Source of the DNA: Amphiscolops sp. MND2022
Taxonomy: Eukaryota
DNA: 64,000 bases
Direction of reading: 5' to 3'
NCBI GenBank assembly: GCA_964187785.1
Contig: OZ076409.1
Coordinates: 49,354,001 to 49,418,000, forward strand
Within the stretch, counting starts at the first letter, position 1. Each line of letters starts with the position of its first letter. The notes below the pieces were generated by a model that was not told the origin of the DNA, ran no database searches, and saw nothing but the letters and a program-made list of their open reading frames with translations. A program made the position numbers and the translations under genes. Positions 14,575-26,910 of the stretch are shown here, in pieces.

Positions 14575-17500
14575 CTATTTTTTTCTTTTAGAGCTACCTT
14601 GTTCCGGTGTCAGGTTAGTCTCCTTCGGGTGGAGTTGAAGTTCATCTTCGATGTTGACTTGTATCGGTTTTCCTTCCGCTTTCTTGTAACATTCGAAGTC
14701 GTCGTCGTCAGATATAATGCTCAGGTTTAAGTTTTCTGTATTTTTGTTTGGTGAGGTAAATTGTCCCTTGTTGTTTCTGGGTATTTCTTTTCTTTTCGAC
14801 CAGTCCTCGCTTCTTTCGTAGTTTGCGATGTTCTTCGGTGTCTCTTTCCTGCTGTAGATGCAGGGTGCTCCGCTGGTGGTTGCGTTGTCCAGTGTTTTGG
14901 AGCAGGTGGGTTGGTCTACGGTGTTTTGGCGGGTGTTGATCTTCTTTGCCGGTGTTGTTGTTTGCTGAAATGGTAGCCGGTTGGATATTAATTTCCTATG
15001 GATGACTTTGTTTTTATCCGTTGTCACGGTGTGTCTTGTTCCAGATACTGCGATTTGTACTTTATTTTTGAATTTACTTTCCATGGATCCTTTTTTGTGA
15101 TTTTTTTCGTAAAATTTGAAAGGATATTCAAATTTACTTACCGCACTGGTCGGTTTTTTTGTTTGGGAGAATGTCATCCCACGTTTGTATCTTGGTTCGG
15201 CTATCTTTTTCTTTGACATTACCAGATGGTCCGTGATTTGTCCGGTTGAATTTCTGGTGATGTACACCGAGAGATCTTTGGAATCCACTGAAATAGAATT
15301 TTTTAGGTTAGACAGTTTGGTTCTTGGTGTCCGTCCGAAGTGTAATTCAAACGGAGTTTTCTTTGTTTCTGAGTGTATTGATAATCTTAGGACATATAGT
15401 GCTCTATTTACGCTTTCACGAAGATTTTGGTTGTCTTCTAAATTTGCCAGTGTCAGGTTCTTCAACGATTGGATTGTGCGCTCGACCAATCCGGTACCAG
15501 TATGTTGGTTTGCCGTACCGTATATGCGGTTGATATTATGCGTCTTGCAGTATTCTATGTATTCTTTGGAGATAAAGGCGCCGCCTTTGTCCGACTTTAT
15601 TTGTTTCGGTACTCCGTATACATTTATATATTCATCCAGAAATGAAATTACGGTTTCATGGTTCGTATTTTTACATATTTTTGCTACGGGCCATCGGCTA
15701 TTTTTATCCACCGCAATTAGTATAAACGGATTGCTTTGCAGTTTTTTTTGTTGAGATTTCCCGTAAAATTGATTTGTATTTCTTCGCCGGGTGTTTTTGG
15801 CGGTTCGATTTTTGATTTTTCGGTTTGGGGTATTTGGAATTTTAGATTCTTACCAGCGTTAAGGCAGGCTGAGCAGGTTTTTGATTTCTTTTCAATGTCT
15901 TCCCGCATGTTCGGCCACCAGAATATTGCTGCGTCGTTGTACATTTTGTTTATCCCGGGGTGTCCAAAATGTAGTGCGTTGAGTGCTGCGTAGCATAGTG
16001 ATTTTGGAATTACGATGCGGTCATCAACCAATATAATACCCCAACGGTATGTCAGTTTCTTGGCTACAGTTTTGTAGTTCTGCGGAATTTGGTCCAATTT
16101 GTTGTCCTCAATGCAGCAGTTTAATTCGATGAGATCAGGATCAGCGGCCGTCTCCTTGATTATTGTCTCCAAGTCTAGCATGAAGTCCAGTTCTGCCGAT
16201 CTGACATTATCTTCTTGTTGTCTGTTGCGCTTCGGTTTTTCTTCAACTACGCGGTTAATTCTCACGTAGTGTACGGCAATTTCTTTGATTGGCCCGTCTC
16301 TGTATTCTTGGACTGGTTTTGCTGGGTAAGTTCCGGGTTCGCGGGTGGCTACTGCTTCCTCCGAGTTGTTTGAGATGGTGGATTCTGTGTCTCGGTTGGT
16401 TTCGTTTCCTGGGGCCGGTTCATTTCTCTCGGTTTGTTGTTGTTCGGTGTTTTGTCTCTGGGGGATGTCGTCCCCAAAGTTTTGAAAATATCCTCCGCCG
16501 ATATGTTGCTCTCTGGTCTTTTGTCTCAATCGAATGTCAATTCGTTTTATTTCTCTTCTTTCATCTTCCGGTCTTCTCGGTATGTAGATTTCTCGGCCCA
16601 AGTTCTTGTTGAAATGTGGTCTCATTACACCCGGTCTCGCCAATTGTACTCTTCTTCTCACACGTTCCGTAGTTTCGGGTGATTTGTCTCTTGCATTGAT
16701 AATGGCCATAATATCGTCATCTGCACCCCAATGGTGTCGTAATTGTCCGTCTGTGCGGAAGAAGCGTGTGTTATTTTCATTGTTATCCATTTTTAAACAA
16801 TCAGTATTGGATGAATGCTGTTGTATGCGGTAATTAGAATCAATATGGCTTTTGTTTGTTTGATAGCGTCGCGTGTCAATTAGCGAGCGCGTATCACGCA
16901 TGTTTGCTTCAGCTGCCGTAGTCGCGTCTTCTGATTGGTCGAAAATTCGTCCTATTCGGGCATTTTTCGTTGCTAGTTGCGCGATGGCGTTAATAACAAA
17001 TTCTGCTTCTTAATTTTCTTCCGGTTCTGGATTTTCGGTAGGATTTCGGCTGATAAAATCCGTGAACTTGATTTTTTTTACCGGCAGTGTGTTTTAAACA
17101 GATGTCGAAGTGGTTCAATCTGTCTAGCCATCGTGTTAGTCGCGCACTGTATTGTTTATTTGTCTTGTTTCTCTTCAGGAGGGGTTCTAGTGCTTGATGG
17201 TCCGAGAATAATTGGTCTTGTTTGCCATATAAATGGAATCTAAATCTTTCCAAGCCCCATACGACGGCTAGTAGTTCTAGTTCTCCGATAGAATACTTTT
17301 TTTCGGCGTCATTTAGGTAGCGGCTGGCAAATGCTATCGGTTTTAGTTCTCCGTTGCCTTGTTTTTGCCGGAGTGCTATTCCCAGACCGGTTTTGCATGC
17401 GTCGGTTGTGACGATGTTTTCTTTGTTGCCGTTGTAGTGTGCCAAACAAGGTAGTGATGTTAGCTCTTGTTTTATTTTGTTGAAATCCGAATTTCGATCG

Positions 17501-19729
17501 GTTGTCCATTCCCATTTCGTCCCTTTTTTGAGTAGTTGTCTCATGTTATCTGTTTTCTCGGATAAATTTGGTATGAATTTCGCAAAAAACTGTATAGCTC
17601 CGAGAAAAGATTTTAGTGCTTTGGCGTTTGTTGGTGGTTCTAGTTTGTTTATCGCATCTGTCTTTTCTTTGTTTGGTCTGATTCCGTCTTGTGATATCGT
17701 ATGTCCGAGCCATATTGTTTCTTTTTGATAGAATTTTGACTTCTTTTTGCTTGCTTTGTAGCCTTCGTTTTCCAGTTTTGTTAGTACCGAATATAAGTTT
17801 CGGGTATGTTCTTCTTTGGTACCGCGTGTGACAATTATAATGTCATCTAACCAAACTGGTGTTTGGTGACCCAGGGTTCTGTCTATTTTCTCTTGGAAAA
17901 TCGTTGGTATGTCGGCGGGACCGTAGAATCCTTTTGAAAATCGGTAATATCCATTTATTTTCTCTCCTGTCATTGCAAAGTTGCAATGTTTGCTTGTCTC
18001 GGGGGCCAGTTTCATTTGTCCGTATGCGTAGTCAAGATCTACTACGGATATCCAAATTGGGTCACGGTCGTTTTTGGATAGTTCAGCTGATATTTGGTTT
18101 AATAGTTCTTCCATATTTGGCATGTGTGGCCTTTTCTTTACGCAGCTGTTGTTGAGTTTTTGGGCGTCTAGCGCGATTTTTACCGTCTTGTCTTTCTTTA
18201 CCGTAATTACAACGGGTGATACGAAACAATCTTCTTCGATTGTTTCTAATTGTTCCAGATGTCCGGATTTTATTAATCGGTCCAGTTCGTTTTTTACATC
18301 TTTTTGTAAATGGTATGGTATTGGTCTGGCTTTCTGCTGGATGGGGTAACATCCAGGCTTTATTTGGATTTTCACTTCTATATTTTTAATTGTATGGTTT
18401 GGTTCGAATAGTTTGTTGAATTTCGCGTAGATGGTTTCTGATTGGTTGGTTCGTCCAATTGAATTTTGTTGATGGTGATTGGTAATTGTTTCAGCCAGTT
18501 CACGCCTAAACGCCTAATAATGGAGTGATGTCGTTTCTTTTTGTAATTAGGATTGGTAATTTTGTCGTCTTTCCGTTATATTCAATTTCGGCCCATATTT
18601 TCCCGAGGAATTGGATTTCACTTTTGTTTACGTCTTGGTATCTTTCTTTCAGGGGTTTTATATTTCTTTGGTTGTAGAGTTCTGCGTTGTTTGGCATTAT
18701 TGTAACTGGAGAGCCAGTGTCAATGGTGAAATTTTGGTATTTGCCGTTAATTTTTAGTTTGATCCCGTAGTTGTCGTTTTCATCCGGTAGTACTCTATTG
18801 ATTTGCGTGATTTGTTGTATTTCCTCTGGTTCACTGTCTTCTTCTTTGGTGTATGTTTCTTCCAGGTAGTTAATTTTTTGTTTTCTTGTGTTCTTATTGG
18901 TTTTGCTGCGGCAAACTCTTGCAAAGTGTCCCATTTTGTGGCAGTTGTTGCATTCTGCCGTTTTTGCCGGGCATTTGTGTGATGGTGACAAGTTTTGTTG
19001 TCCACAGAAACCGCAGTTGTTGTTTTTTGCTGTTATTTCGGTATTTTTCCGATAGTTTCGTGGTTGTATCTTCTGTATGGGTTCTTCTTTTATTTCTTTT
19101 TCTTTCGCCAGTGCTGGTGGTATTGTTGATTGCTTGTGTCTCTTTTCATAACTGTCTTGGGTTACCAGGTCCATGGTAGATTTCAGATTCAGGGTTTTTT
19201 CGCGGATGAGTTTTTCCCGTAATTTTTTATCGGTAATGCTGGTGATAAATTTTGATATTAGTAGGTCTTCTTGTTTGATATCTTTGAATTCGCAGTTCTT
19301 TTCGAGGGTTACTAATTTTCGCCAGTGTTCTTCCGGGGTTTCATTGTTTTCTTGTTTCGCCCAGAAGAAATCTCCTCGGCTGTGGTAGGTGTTTCGCTTT
19401 GGCATGTAGTAATCCTTGAATAGTTGGATGAGTCTTTCTGTATTGATGGTGTCAGGATCTGTGTTGAATTCTCCTTTGGTGATCGTCTCTATTGCCGATG
19501 GTCCTGCTCCCCAGATGAAATTTTGTCTTTTTTCCGGTTGTTTTGTTGTCCATTCGTTACTTGTTGGCATTGTTTCCCCGGATAAAGCCGGTTTTATGTC
19601 GATATCATGGATTCGTTTTATGTAATGCCGTAATCGTTCGGTCCATTCTTTGGGGGTGTATAATTTTTTTCCATCGAGTCCGGTATCTTCGAGGTATGGT
19701 AGCAATATATTACTCTTGGTCGTCGTCAT
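14575..19729 (-). pseudogene. gag-pol of element 1, broken into four ORFs by frameshifts
   Basis: 18506..19729: CNNCHKMGHFARVC knuckle and IDTGS protease. 16990..18375: RT (WLDD) and RNase H (TDAC). 15717..16901: integrase HHCC. 14575..15711: integrase core (SDKG...E). An 8-nt duplication (ttaggcgt) near 18505 causes one break. Confidence 0.9.
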
Positions 19730-19770
19730 TGGTATTTGGTCGGTTAAAATTGAATTTACGGATAAAAGTA

Positions 19771-19788
19771 AATCTTGCTACTGCGCCA
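19771..19788 (-). other. Primer-binding site of element 1 (TGGCGCAGTAGCAAGATT; tRNA-Ser-like)
   Basis: TGG immediately follows the 5' LTR terminal CA. The tRNA identity is inferred. Confidence 0.7.
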
Positions 19789-20027
19789 TGTTGTTATCTC
19801 GGTCTATTACGGTAAAAAGGTTCTTTATCTAAGATGATAAATTAGTATCTTCTTCAGTAACTAATCTATGGTATCAATCTCAAGTACAATGGTCAATGAT
19901 CTATTGTACAACACAAAATGTAGTAAACTCAAATTGACAGTAATTAGAGTTTTATGTTTAACAACAATAGTATGCTCTCTGTCTAGGTTCGTAGTTTTGA
20001 AGGTCATGATATCTACATGATATCACA
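19789..20027 (-). repeat. 5' LTR of element 1
   Basis: Direct repeat of 14069-14307; abuts the PBS. Confidence 0.95.
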
Positions 20028-21076
20028 CTTGTATTATATGCTTTGCTACTTGAACGAAAGAAAATACAACTACTAAACGTATGTGACGTTCCGCATTCAT
20101 ATTCGAATGCAGGCGGAGCTCTCAGCGCACGAGTAAAAAACACTCGTTCGCTTCATCTCAAGAAAAATGCTCCCTCGCTGCTACCAGTATACCAGTATTG
20201 GCCACAAAAAAAAATATGGAAGTGTGAAGAAAACAGGACAACTTTTGTACATTTTAGACACGCAGAAGTATTGAAAATGTATATTTTCTATTTGAACGCG
20301 GAAGATTTGAAAAATTGTTCAGGGCGATTTGTTGAAATTCTTGATCTGAACTTTGTTTAAATCAAAAGTTTGACACCTTGCAAATAATTTGAACGAAACC
20401 TACGGAATCTTGTCAGAAATGCGTAAAATCGTTCAAGATTGCCAGTTTAAACAAGAATTCTGCAAAGGTTTTCCTGTTTTCGTTGCAATTGTGCCAAGAT
20501 ATTCGAGGCTTCACGAGGATCGTGTCATCTGAGTTAACGAGACTTAGAGGGAACTCGTCCAGGATTTATGAGATTTTTCAATTACTGGAACCCCGTTTTT
20601 TTCATCGAAAACCCCCGGCCGTGGATTTTTTGAGAAGTTCATTGTCTCTAATGCTTGGGAGTCTTCTCACGAATTTCGGCAATACAGGTGTTTTCTAAAA
20701 CGAATTTTGAAGTGTTCACTTACTAGTCATACTTCTTGTTTGATGCATTGGTAACTGGGCTATATTAAAGTTTAGTAAGTCAAAATATAATAGTGGTAGC
20801 ACAAACGTCTGTGGCACATTCGGTACTCTGATCAAGACGCAATTGGTGACTATTCTTATTTATTTTGATTCTTTTATTTTTTTCAAAACCTCCAGCATGA
20901 TATTGCAAGTTTTGGACAACTTGTTGAAACTATGATATCAATATTTTCAAGACTTTCATCTTATTATTCAGTGCTGAGGTTATAAAATGTTCTTTCCATG
21001 AGCTGAGCATCGTTATCAGCCAATTAAAATTGCCGATTTGCACTCATTTTCGAATTCAAAGTGAGTAAGATTTCGT

Positions 21077-21816
21077 GGTTTAGTATCATTTCACCCCACG
21101 TTCATTTCACCCCATATCATTTCACCCCATGTCATTTCACCCCATGTCATTTCACCCCACATTCATTTCACCCCAGGTTCATTTCACCCCACGTTCATTT
21201 TACCCCAAATTCATTTCACCCCACGTTCATTTCACCCCACATTTAAAATATCAAATTCGTCTCAGATTAATTACTAAAGCCACCCAATTTCATTCTTAGC
21301 GCTATAAGAAAAGCGTCTTGAATCTAATTACCAATTAGTTAAGCAAACGATGCTTTCTATGTGAACCACAAATTCGAGACCGAATAGTTTCATTTATCGG
21401 AATTGTAATACTTCTGAAAAGGCGCTGAAAAAAATTTTTCTTCTGTCAATCAAAATTTACAATTATGGATGTTGCAAATCTTCAGCAAAAAAATTCTTAT
21501 TTGGTATTTCTACGGCAAAAAAATCCTACAGGTCAGAAACTGACAATCAAATCAAAGCTGACTCAAAGACAGTAGGCATCAAAGTTTAATTGCTAATTGG
21601 TTAATTAAGGCGAGACGCTTTTGTATAATTACAATATGGTGTGAAGTGAAAATGAGGTGAAATGAACATGGGGTGAAATGATTGTGGGGTGAAATGAATG
21701 TGGGGTGAAATGAATGTGGGGTGAAATGAACGTGGGGTGAAATGAATGTGGGGTGAAATGATATGGTGTGAAGTGATATGGGGTGAAATGATTTTGGGGT
21801 GAAATGAACGCACACC
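21077..21816. mobile_element. 740-bp non-autonomous DNA transposon whose inverted arms are CATTTCACCCCA minisatellites
   Basis: 14-15-bp units at 21086-21242, reverse-complemented at 21637-21810; termini GGT...ACC; 8-bp direct repeat GATTTCGT on both sides (21069-21076, 21817-21824). Confidence 0.8.
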
Positions 21817-22431
21817 GATTTCGTTGTGTTCAGCTGCAATATTTTTTGGGATTTTTGAATAATTGTATCCAATAAATTTGAATCTACAAACTATCCAGAT
21901 TGTTTCAGAGCCACTGGTATGTTTTTTGTGTCAGCCTTATTAGAAAATTTCAAAAAATTTTCTAAATGTCAGTCTAGGTTTACTACCCATGGCTTTCCAT
22001 CCATGATTTATCCATGATTCATGGGTTGGCCATGCCGAGAATCATTCTATGATCATGGAAAGATGAGAAACCATGAGGCCATGGATACTAATGGATGAAG
22101 AGTCATGATCCCATGGATGGTCACGGATGAAAAATTGCCTTCATTTTGGTAAAAGTGATGCTCTTAAAATTCACTAAAATCGAGAGTTGGTGAATTGAAT
22201 TTAATTGTTCCTTGTCTAAAAAATCGAAACTTTTAAAATCAAATGAAATAAACACGTTTAGCAATTAAAATTACACTTGATTACACTTAGCTGTGCCTAA
22301 ATCTTAGCGCGATGTTGTGTAGGGGCGTTCGACTAAAATAACTTTATATAAGTAATCATTACACAAAAACTTTGAAGACATACCTAAACTCCTCAGTTTT
22401 CAAATCAAAATAGTGATGTTGATTTTCTTAC

Positions 22432-22866
22432 TTGTGCAAAACCAGGTGATAGTGAGCCGCCTGGGGCTAGAATATACCCTTGGTCTTTGGGAACTTCCGG
22501 GGTTGTTTCATACGGGTAATAGACCTTCTTGACCTTTGAATTACTAAGGCCACTGCTATGTGGCCTCAGATTTGAAGTTTGAATTTGTGTGATTGGCTGA
22601 TTGTTGTTGGCATGTGGCTGAAAACTGGACCACGATGACTGTGTGCTGGAAATGACTGGATCTAAATCTGGGTCATGAAAGTTGTTGGAATATTTGTCGA
22701 CAACATTTTTGGAATTTTGTTTTGAGAAATTGTTCAAACTTGACTGTGCGGGTTGTCGTTGTAAATTTGGGTACGGAGAGGAAAGAGGGAAGTTTCGTAA
22801 TAATAGTAAAACTAAAGGAATAAAATAGTAGTGGGGAAGAGCAACAGTTGATAGAAGATTTGACAT
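22432..22866 (-). CDS. Probable first coding exon of the host gene (hydrophobic, signal-peptide-like N-terminus followed by an S/N/Q/P-rich region)
   Basis: ATG-initiated ORF 22405..22866 with FIPLVLLLL near the N-terminus; strong donor CAA|GTAAGA at 22432/22431, phase 0. Confidence 0.55.
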
Positions 22867-25800
22867 CTTTTAGCGAGCAATTCTCTTCATTTGAAAAGAA
22901 ATCTGCGAGGAATTATAGGGAATATGTTTCCCCAAGGAAAAATGTGGCGCGGATAAATAACAAATCGCGAAAAGGTGATTGAAGTATGAACTAATGCTAA
23001 ATTTGTGTGAGCAATATGAAGAAATTATGAACAAATTTGAGTTGTTCGAGTAGAAGTCCGAGAGATATTTTTGAAAAAAATTAGTCCCAAGCTGTGAGGA
23101 AATTACTCTTCACAAGAAAGGATTCTTCGCGCAAACACTAAATTGAAGAGTTGTGTAGTTGGGGACTAGCGCCCGGTAAACTTTTAAGTGAACTGAAAAT
23201 GAATAAAAATGTAGCGGAAAAGTGAATTGTTTCAAATAACAATTGAAACGTTTGTTAAACAGTCTTAAAGTTTATTTGAAGTGGCCAAGTCGTTTGTGGG
23301 TGGCCTTAGCAAGCGCCTAACGCCTAATTCCTCAAATGTGATTGATCCGGACCTAGTCCCGGAAGAGCCAGCAAACGGCGAGAGTGAATCTAAGAGCGAC
23401 AAATAGAATCCACAAATCGGTTACCTCAGTCGGCTAGCTGGTTGGAACTACAAAATAACCAGGCCAACCACCACCAGCAATACTGCCAGAGCTTGCCAAG
23501 CGCCAACAGAGCAAGTCGTAACTTGGGGGCCACGAGGTTCCAGAGTTGCTGGAGCAGCAACCAGAATTTGGAGTCGGTAGAATATTCACCCGGCCAATGG
23601 TTGTCTGGCTGTTTGTGATCCAGAGTTGGGAAGATGTTTGCCCACTTTCCAACTGGGTTTTTTGGTTAAAAGCACTCGTGCCGAGAGAAGTTGAGTCAAG
23701 TCGTGTGGAGCTGAGTGGCTAGGTGGGAAATGTTTCGATTAGTTGACGTTGTTCGTCAGTCGAGCGGAGCCGAGTGTGTCCAATGTATTGGTATTAATTA
23801 TACCAAAAATGGTAATAATAACAACTGGTATAATTGTCCGGTTGTTGTTAAATTAAAGGTATGTGTATGTTTATGAATGACTGACTTATTACATTCTGTT
23901 CATAAATGGAATTATGATCTAAGCGGAATAATCAGGAAATCAAAAACTGTGAATTGAGTCAATTATCACATCTGTCGCATGTCAAATGACGCCGAAGCTG
24001 CAGTTTTAAGGGGCAAGTTTTGGTGCTTTTCTGTGCGAGAGACAGAAATACTGCACCATAATAATTTAGTGTGAAATTTACAAGTAAAATTACTTGCAGC
24101 AGTACTTGTAACTTAAAAATGTCAAGATGTACACGCAATTACTAAAAGATCGCCAACTGTGCGCCCAGTATGTTACGGCCCCGTTTAAACTCGTTTTCTC
24201 CATCAGAAGTTGCCTCAATGTCTGATTTCTTTCAGATTTAAACAAGTCATCAGATTTTGATTATGTGACATTCAAATGGTACAAAAAGTGCAGTTCAGAT
24301 GCTATTTCTTATTTCTCGATATCTCGGAATGAGATTGAAAAGACCACAGTTCAGGAAATGAGAAACAATCGCGGATAAACAAAATAGATACCGTTTGTTT
24401 GTAAAGTACCTGCCCGATATGATGAATGACCTATTGAAGGCAATGTCAATCCCGTGTCACCTGATCACGCTTACAACTAAATCCTTCATGAGTTCGTAAC
24501 AGCTCCGAGGCAAGTTTGGAGAATTCAAAATTTCAACAGCCAATCGGAATTGAGGAATTATTGGTACCTCACGCGAAATGCAAAGAAATAGTGGCAAATT
24601 TTATTTTGAAAATTAACATTTCGTGTCGTCGGTAATTGTTTAACAGGAGTATATTAGGAGACCCCCACAAATACAAACGAAAGTTGGCGCCTTACGTTTG
24701 TTGTAATTTTAACTAAAAAGCTTTTAATTAATTTGAAGCAGGCGTCTTTTGTTGAGGTTTATCTAAGAGTTTAATCAAATGTGGTTTGTTATCTTACTAA
24801 ACACTTCTAACGCACATGCCGCGCCGGGCCGACCAAACGATTTTTCACTTAAGCGAAATACCATGGAAGCCATAAAAGAGGTCAATTTGAGATTTATCCT
24901 TTCTGAAAAGCAGCCAAAATTTTCACTCCGTCACCTTCCAAAGAGTAATGAACCAATTATAGCTCTGGTTTATCGCTGCACTTAACCAATTACTGATTTG
25001 GTGATATGTTATTGCAAATTCTGGTTTAAACTAATACATTAATGCATTTTATGCTCAGTTTCAGTCGATATTTCATAAAATCTCAAAAACTAGACTTCGA
25101 GTAATTTCTGACTCGTCTAACAAAACAAAACCTATTGTAACAATGGTTTATAAAAAAAAATTAGTTGCCTTTTATAGTTATCAGAATTTCTATAATATTG
25201 ACGCAATGACGCTACTTTGCACCAATTACATTGATTGAAGAGCGTAAGAAAACTTTCTTGACGCGTCATATCACTACCAAAATTTAAGTTAAAGTGCGAC
25301 AGCTTGGTTTAAAACTTTGAAAAAAAAACAAGAAAGTTTAGATCCGAATTTGACAAAAACAAAGAGTATCATCAGAGGAGCCGTAAGGTAATAAAATTGG
25401 AACTTTAAAGGTTTAAGTAATAATAATCTTGACATTAAATAAACGTGTCTGCTTGATTTGATAGAGCGTTATTAATCATTATAGGCTTATAACGAGTCTA
25501 AACTCGGGTATCGCGTGCTGGGCCACATGGGAGTGCTTCTTTTCGGACCTCGACCTCCTCCGTAGTAAAACGCAACTTACTTCGGATATAACCTCAAAAA
25601 TTCGGATACACCGTGCTGGGTCAAATGGGTGTCCCTTTTTCGAACTTCGGACTCCTCCTTAGTAAAAGACAATGTTGTTTAGATATACCTTGAACAATTC
25701 GGATATAGCGAAATATTTTCGAACCTTCACATCCTCTTCAGTGAAATGCAAAAGCACGAAAAAATTGCTGGCTGAATACTCGAAGCCGCGACCGCTGGGT

Positions 25801-25879
25801 TCGTACTAAACCGACTAACCTCCACACCAAAATGTGGTAGATACACATTGAGCTCTCTCGTCTGACGAAAAAATAAAGA

Positions 25880-26140
25880 AACAAGACGTGAACGGCCCAA
25901 GTCGGCGCCCCACTCAATGTTCAAAAGAGTAAACCTTATAAATATACAAAAAAACACTATTGTTAAATTTTCATCAATTTTGCAGTGCTAAAAATACCTC
26001 ATGAGACTCAAAAACCACCTTTTTGCCAACTGGAAACAACAAAAAACTTTTCCTTCGAAAAAATTCAGCTTTTTCTTTCGGAAAAAATCGCATAGTGTCG
26101 AAAACTACAAGGTGTCCTCTATGCTTGCAAAACAATTCGT
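25880..26140 (-). mobile_element. Partial HINE-like repeat (end fragment)
   Basis: acaagacgtgaacggcccaagtcggcgccc matches the hairpin+subTIR end seen at 6846, 32856, 52052 and 52519. Extent approximate. Confidence 0.45.
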
Positions 26141-26561
26141 TCAAAAATTCAAATATCGCGAAAATTTTGTGAACCTCGAACATCCCTTAAATGAAACGCA
26201 ATTTACTTCGGAACCATTTGAGTGTTTTGATGGATGTACAATGTTGAATCAAAAATGTGGAATGTAACAACCAATTTAAAAAAGTTGGATGTTTCACCGA
26301 TGTAAGTTGGTAATCTAGCATGTCAACTCGTATGTAACTATGAGTAACTTCTCAATGTGTTTCTTTGATCGAACTTGCGGCGCTTTTTGGGTAGTCATGC
26401 TAGGTGACAAGACGCAATTCTTGTCACTTTGTCCTAACGTGGCTATTGAGTAACGTGGTAAGGTGTTTCTACTGGGCGCTTTTGAAGAAAAGTGCCTGAC
26501 TCTTACAGTGGGTAGTCTTTTTAGATGCGTAAGTTCCACTTTTTTGTTCAAACACTTGAAT

Positions 26562-26751
26562 TGTTGAAGACTACTGAGAGGCAATGTACAAGAAGTAAAG
26601 AAGAGGAGATAACAATGTATTATGAACTGTATCTCGAAGTAAGGGCAACAGCAACTAAACATAGTGTTTTGCATTTCATTCTAGCATTTTCATGACAGGT
26701 GTTTGTAAATAATATCTTTAGCGTAACTGTTCTTTTTAGTACTCTGTCACA
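26562..26751 (-). repeat. 3' LTR of element 2
   Basis: Direct repeat of 31677-31866. Confidence 0.95.
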
Positions 26752-26910
26752 CTCCCCGTTTTAACATAACACTTGGGGTTTTTCGTTACATGTTAATAAA
26801 TGACATCAACGGTTAATGTTATTTTATTTCAGATTGCATGACTGTAAAGTAATGTAATATTGTGATAAAGTCAAGTGTGATGAATGTAATGTTTCTTCTG
26901 TTTCAGAGTT

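Larger units (their letters stand above)
14069..20027 (-). mobile_element. Full-length compact Ty3/Gypsy LTR retrotransposon (element 1, single gag-pol ORF architecture), inactivated
   Basis: 239-bp TG...CA LTRs; 5-bp TSD CTTGT (14064-14068 and 20028-20032); PBS; PPT; Gag CCHC-PR-RT-RH-IN order. Confidence 0.95.

Noticed and set aside
21086..21810. CRISPR-like array, or His/Pro/Phe-rich ORFs
   Set aside because: The units are contiguous 14-15-bp minisatellites without unique spacers, and there are no cas genes. The ORFs are translation artefacts of the repeat.
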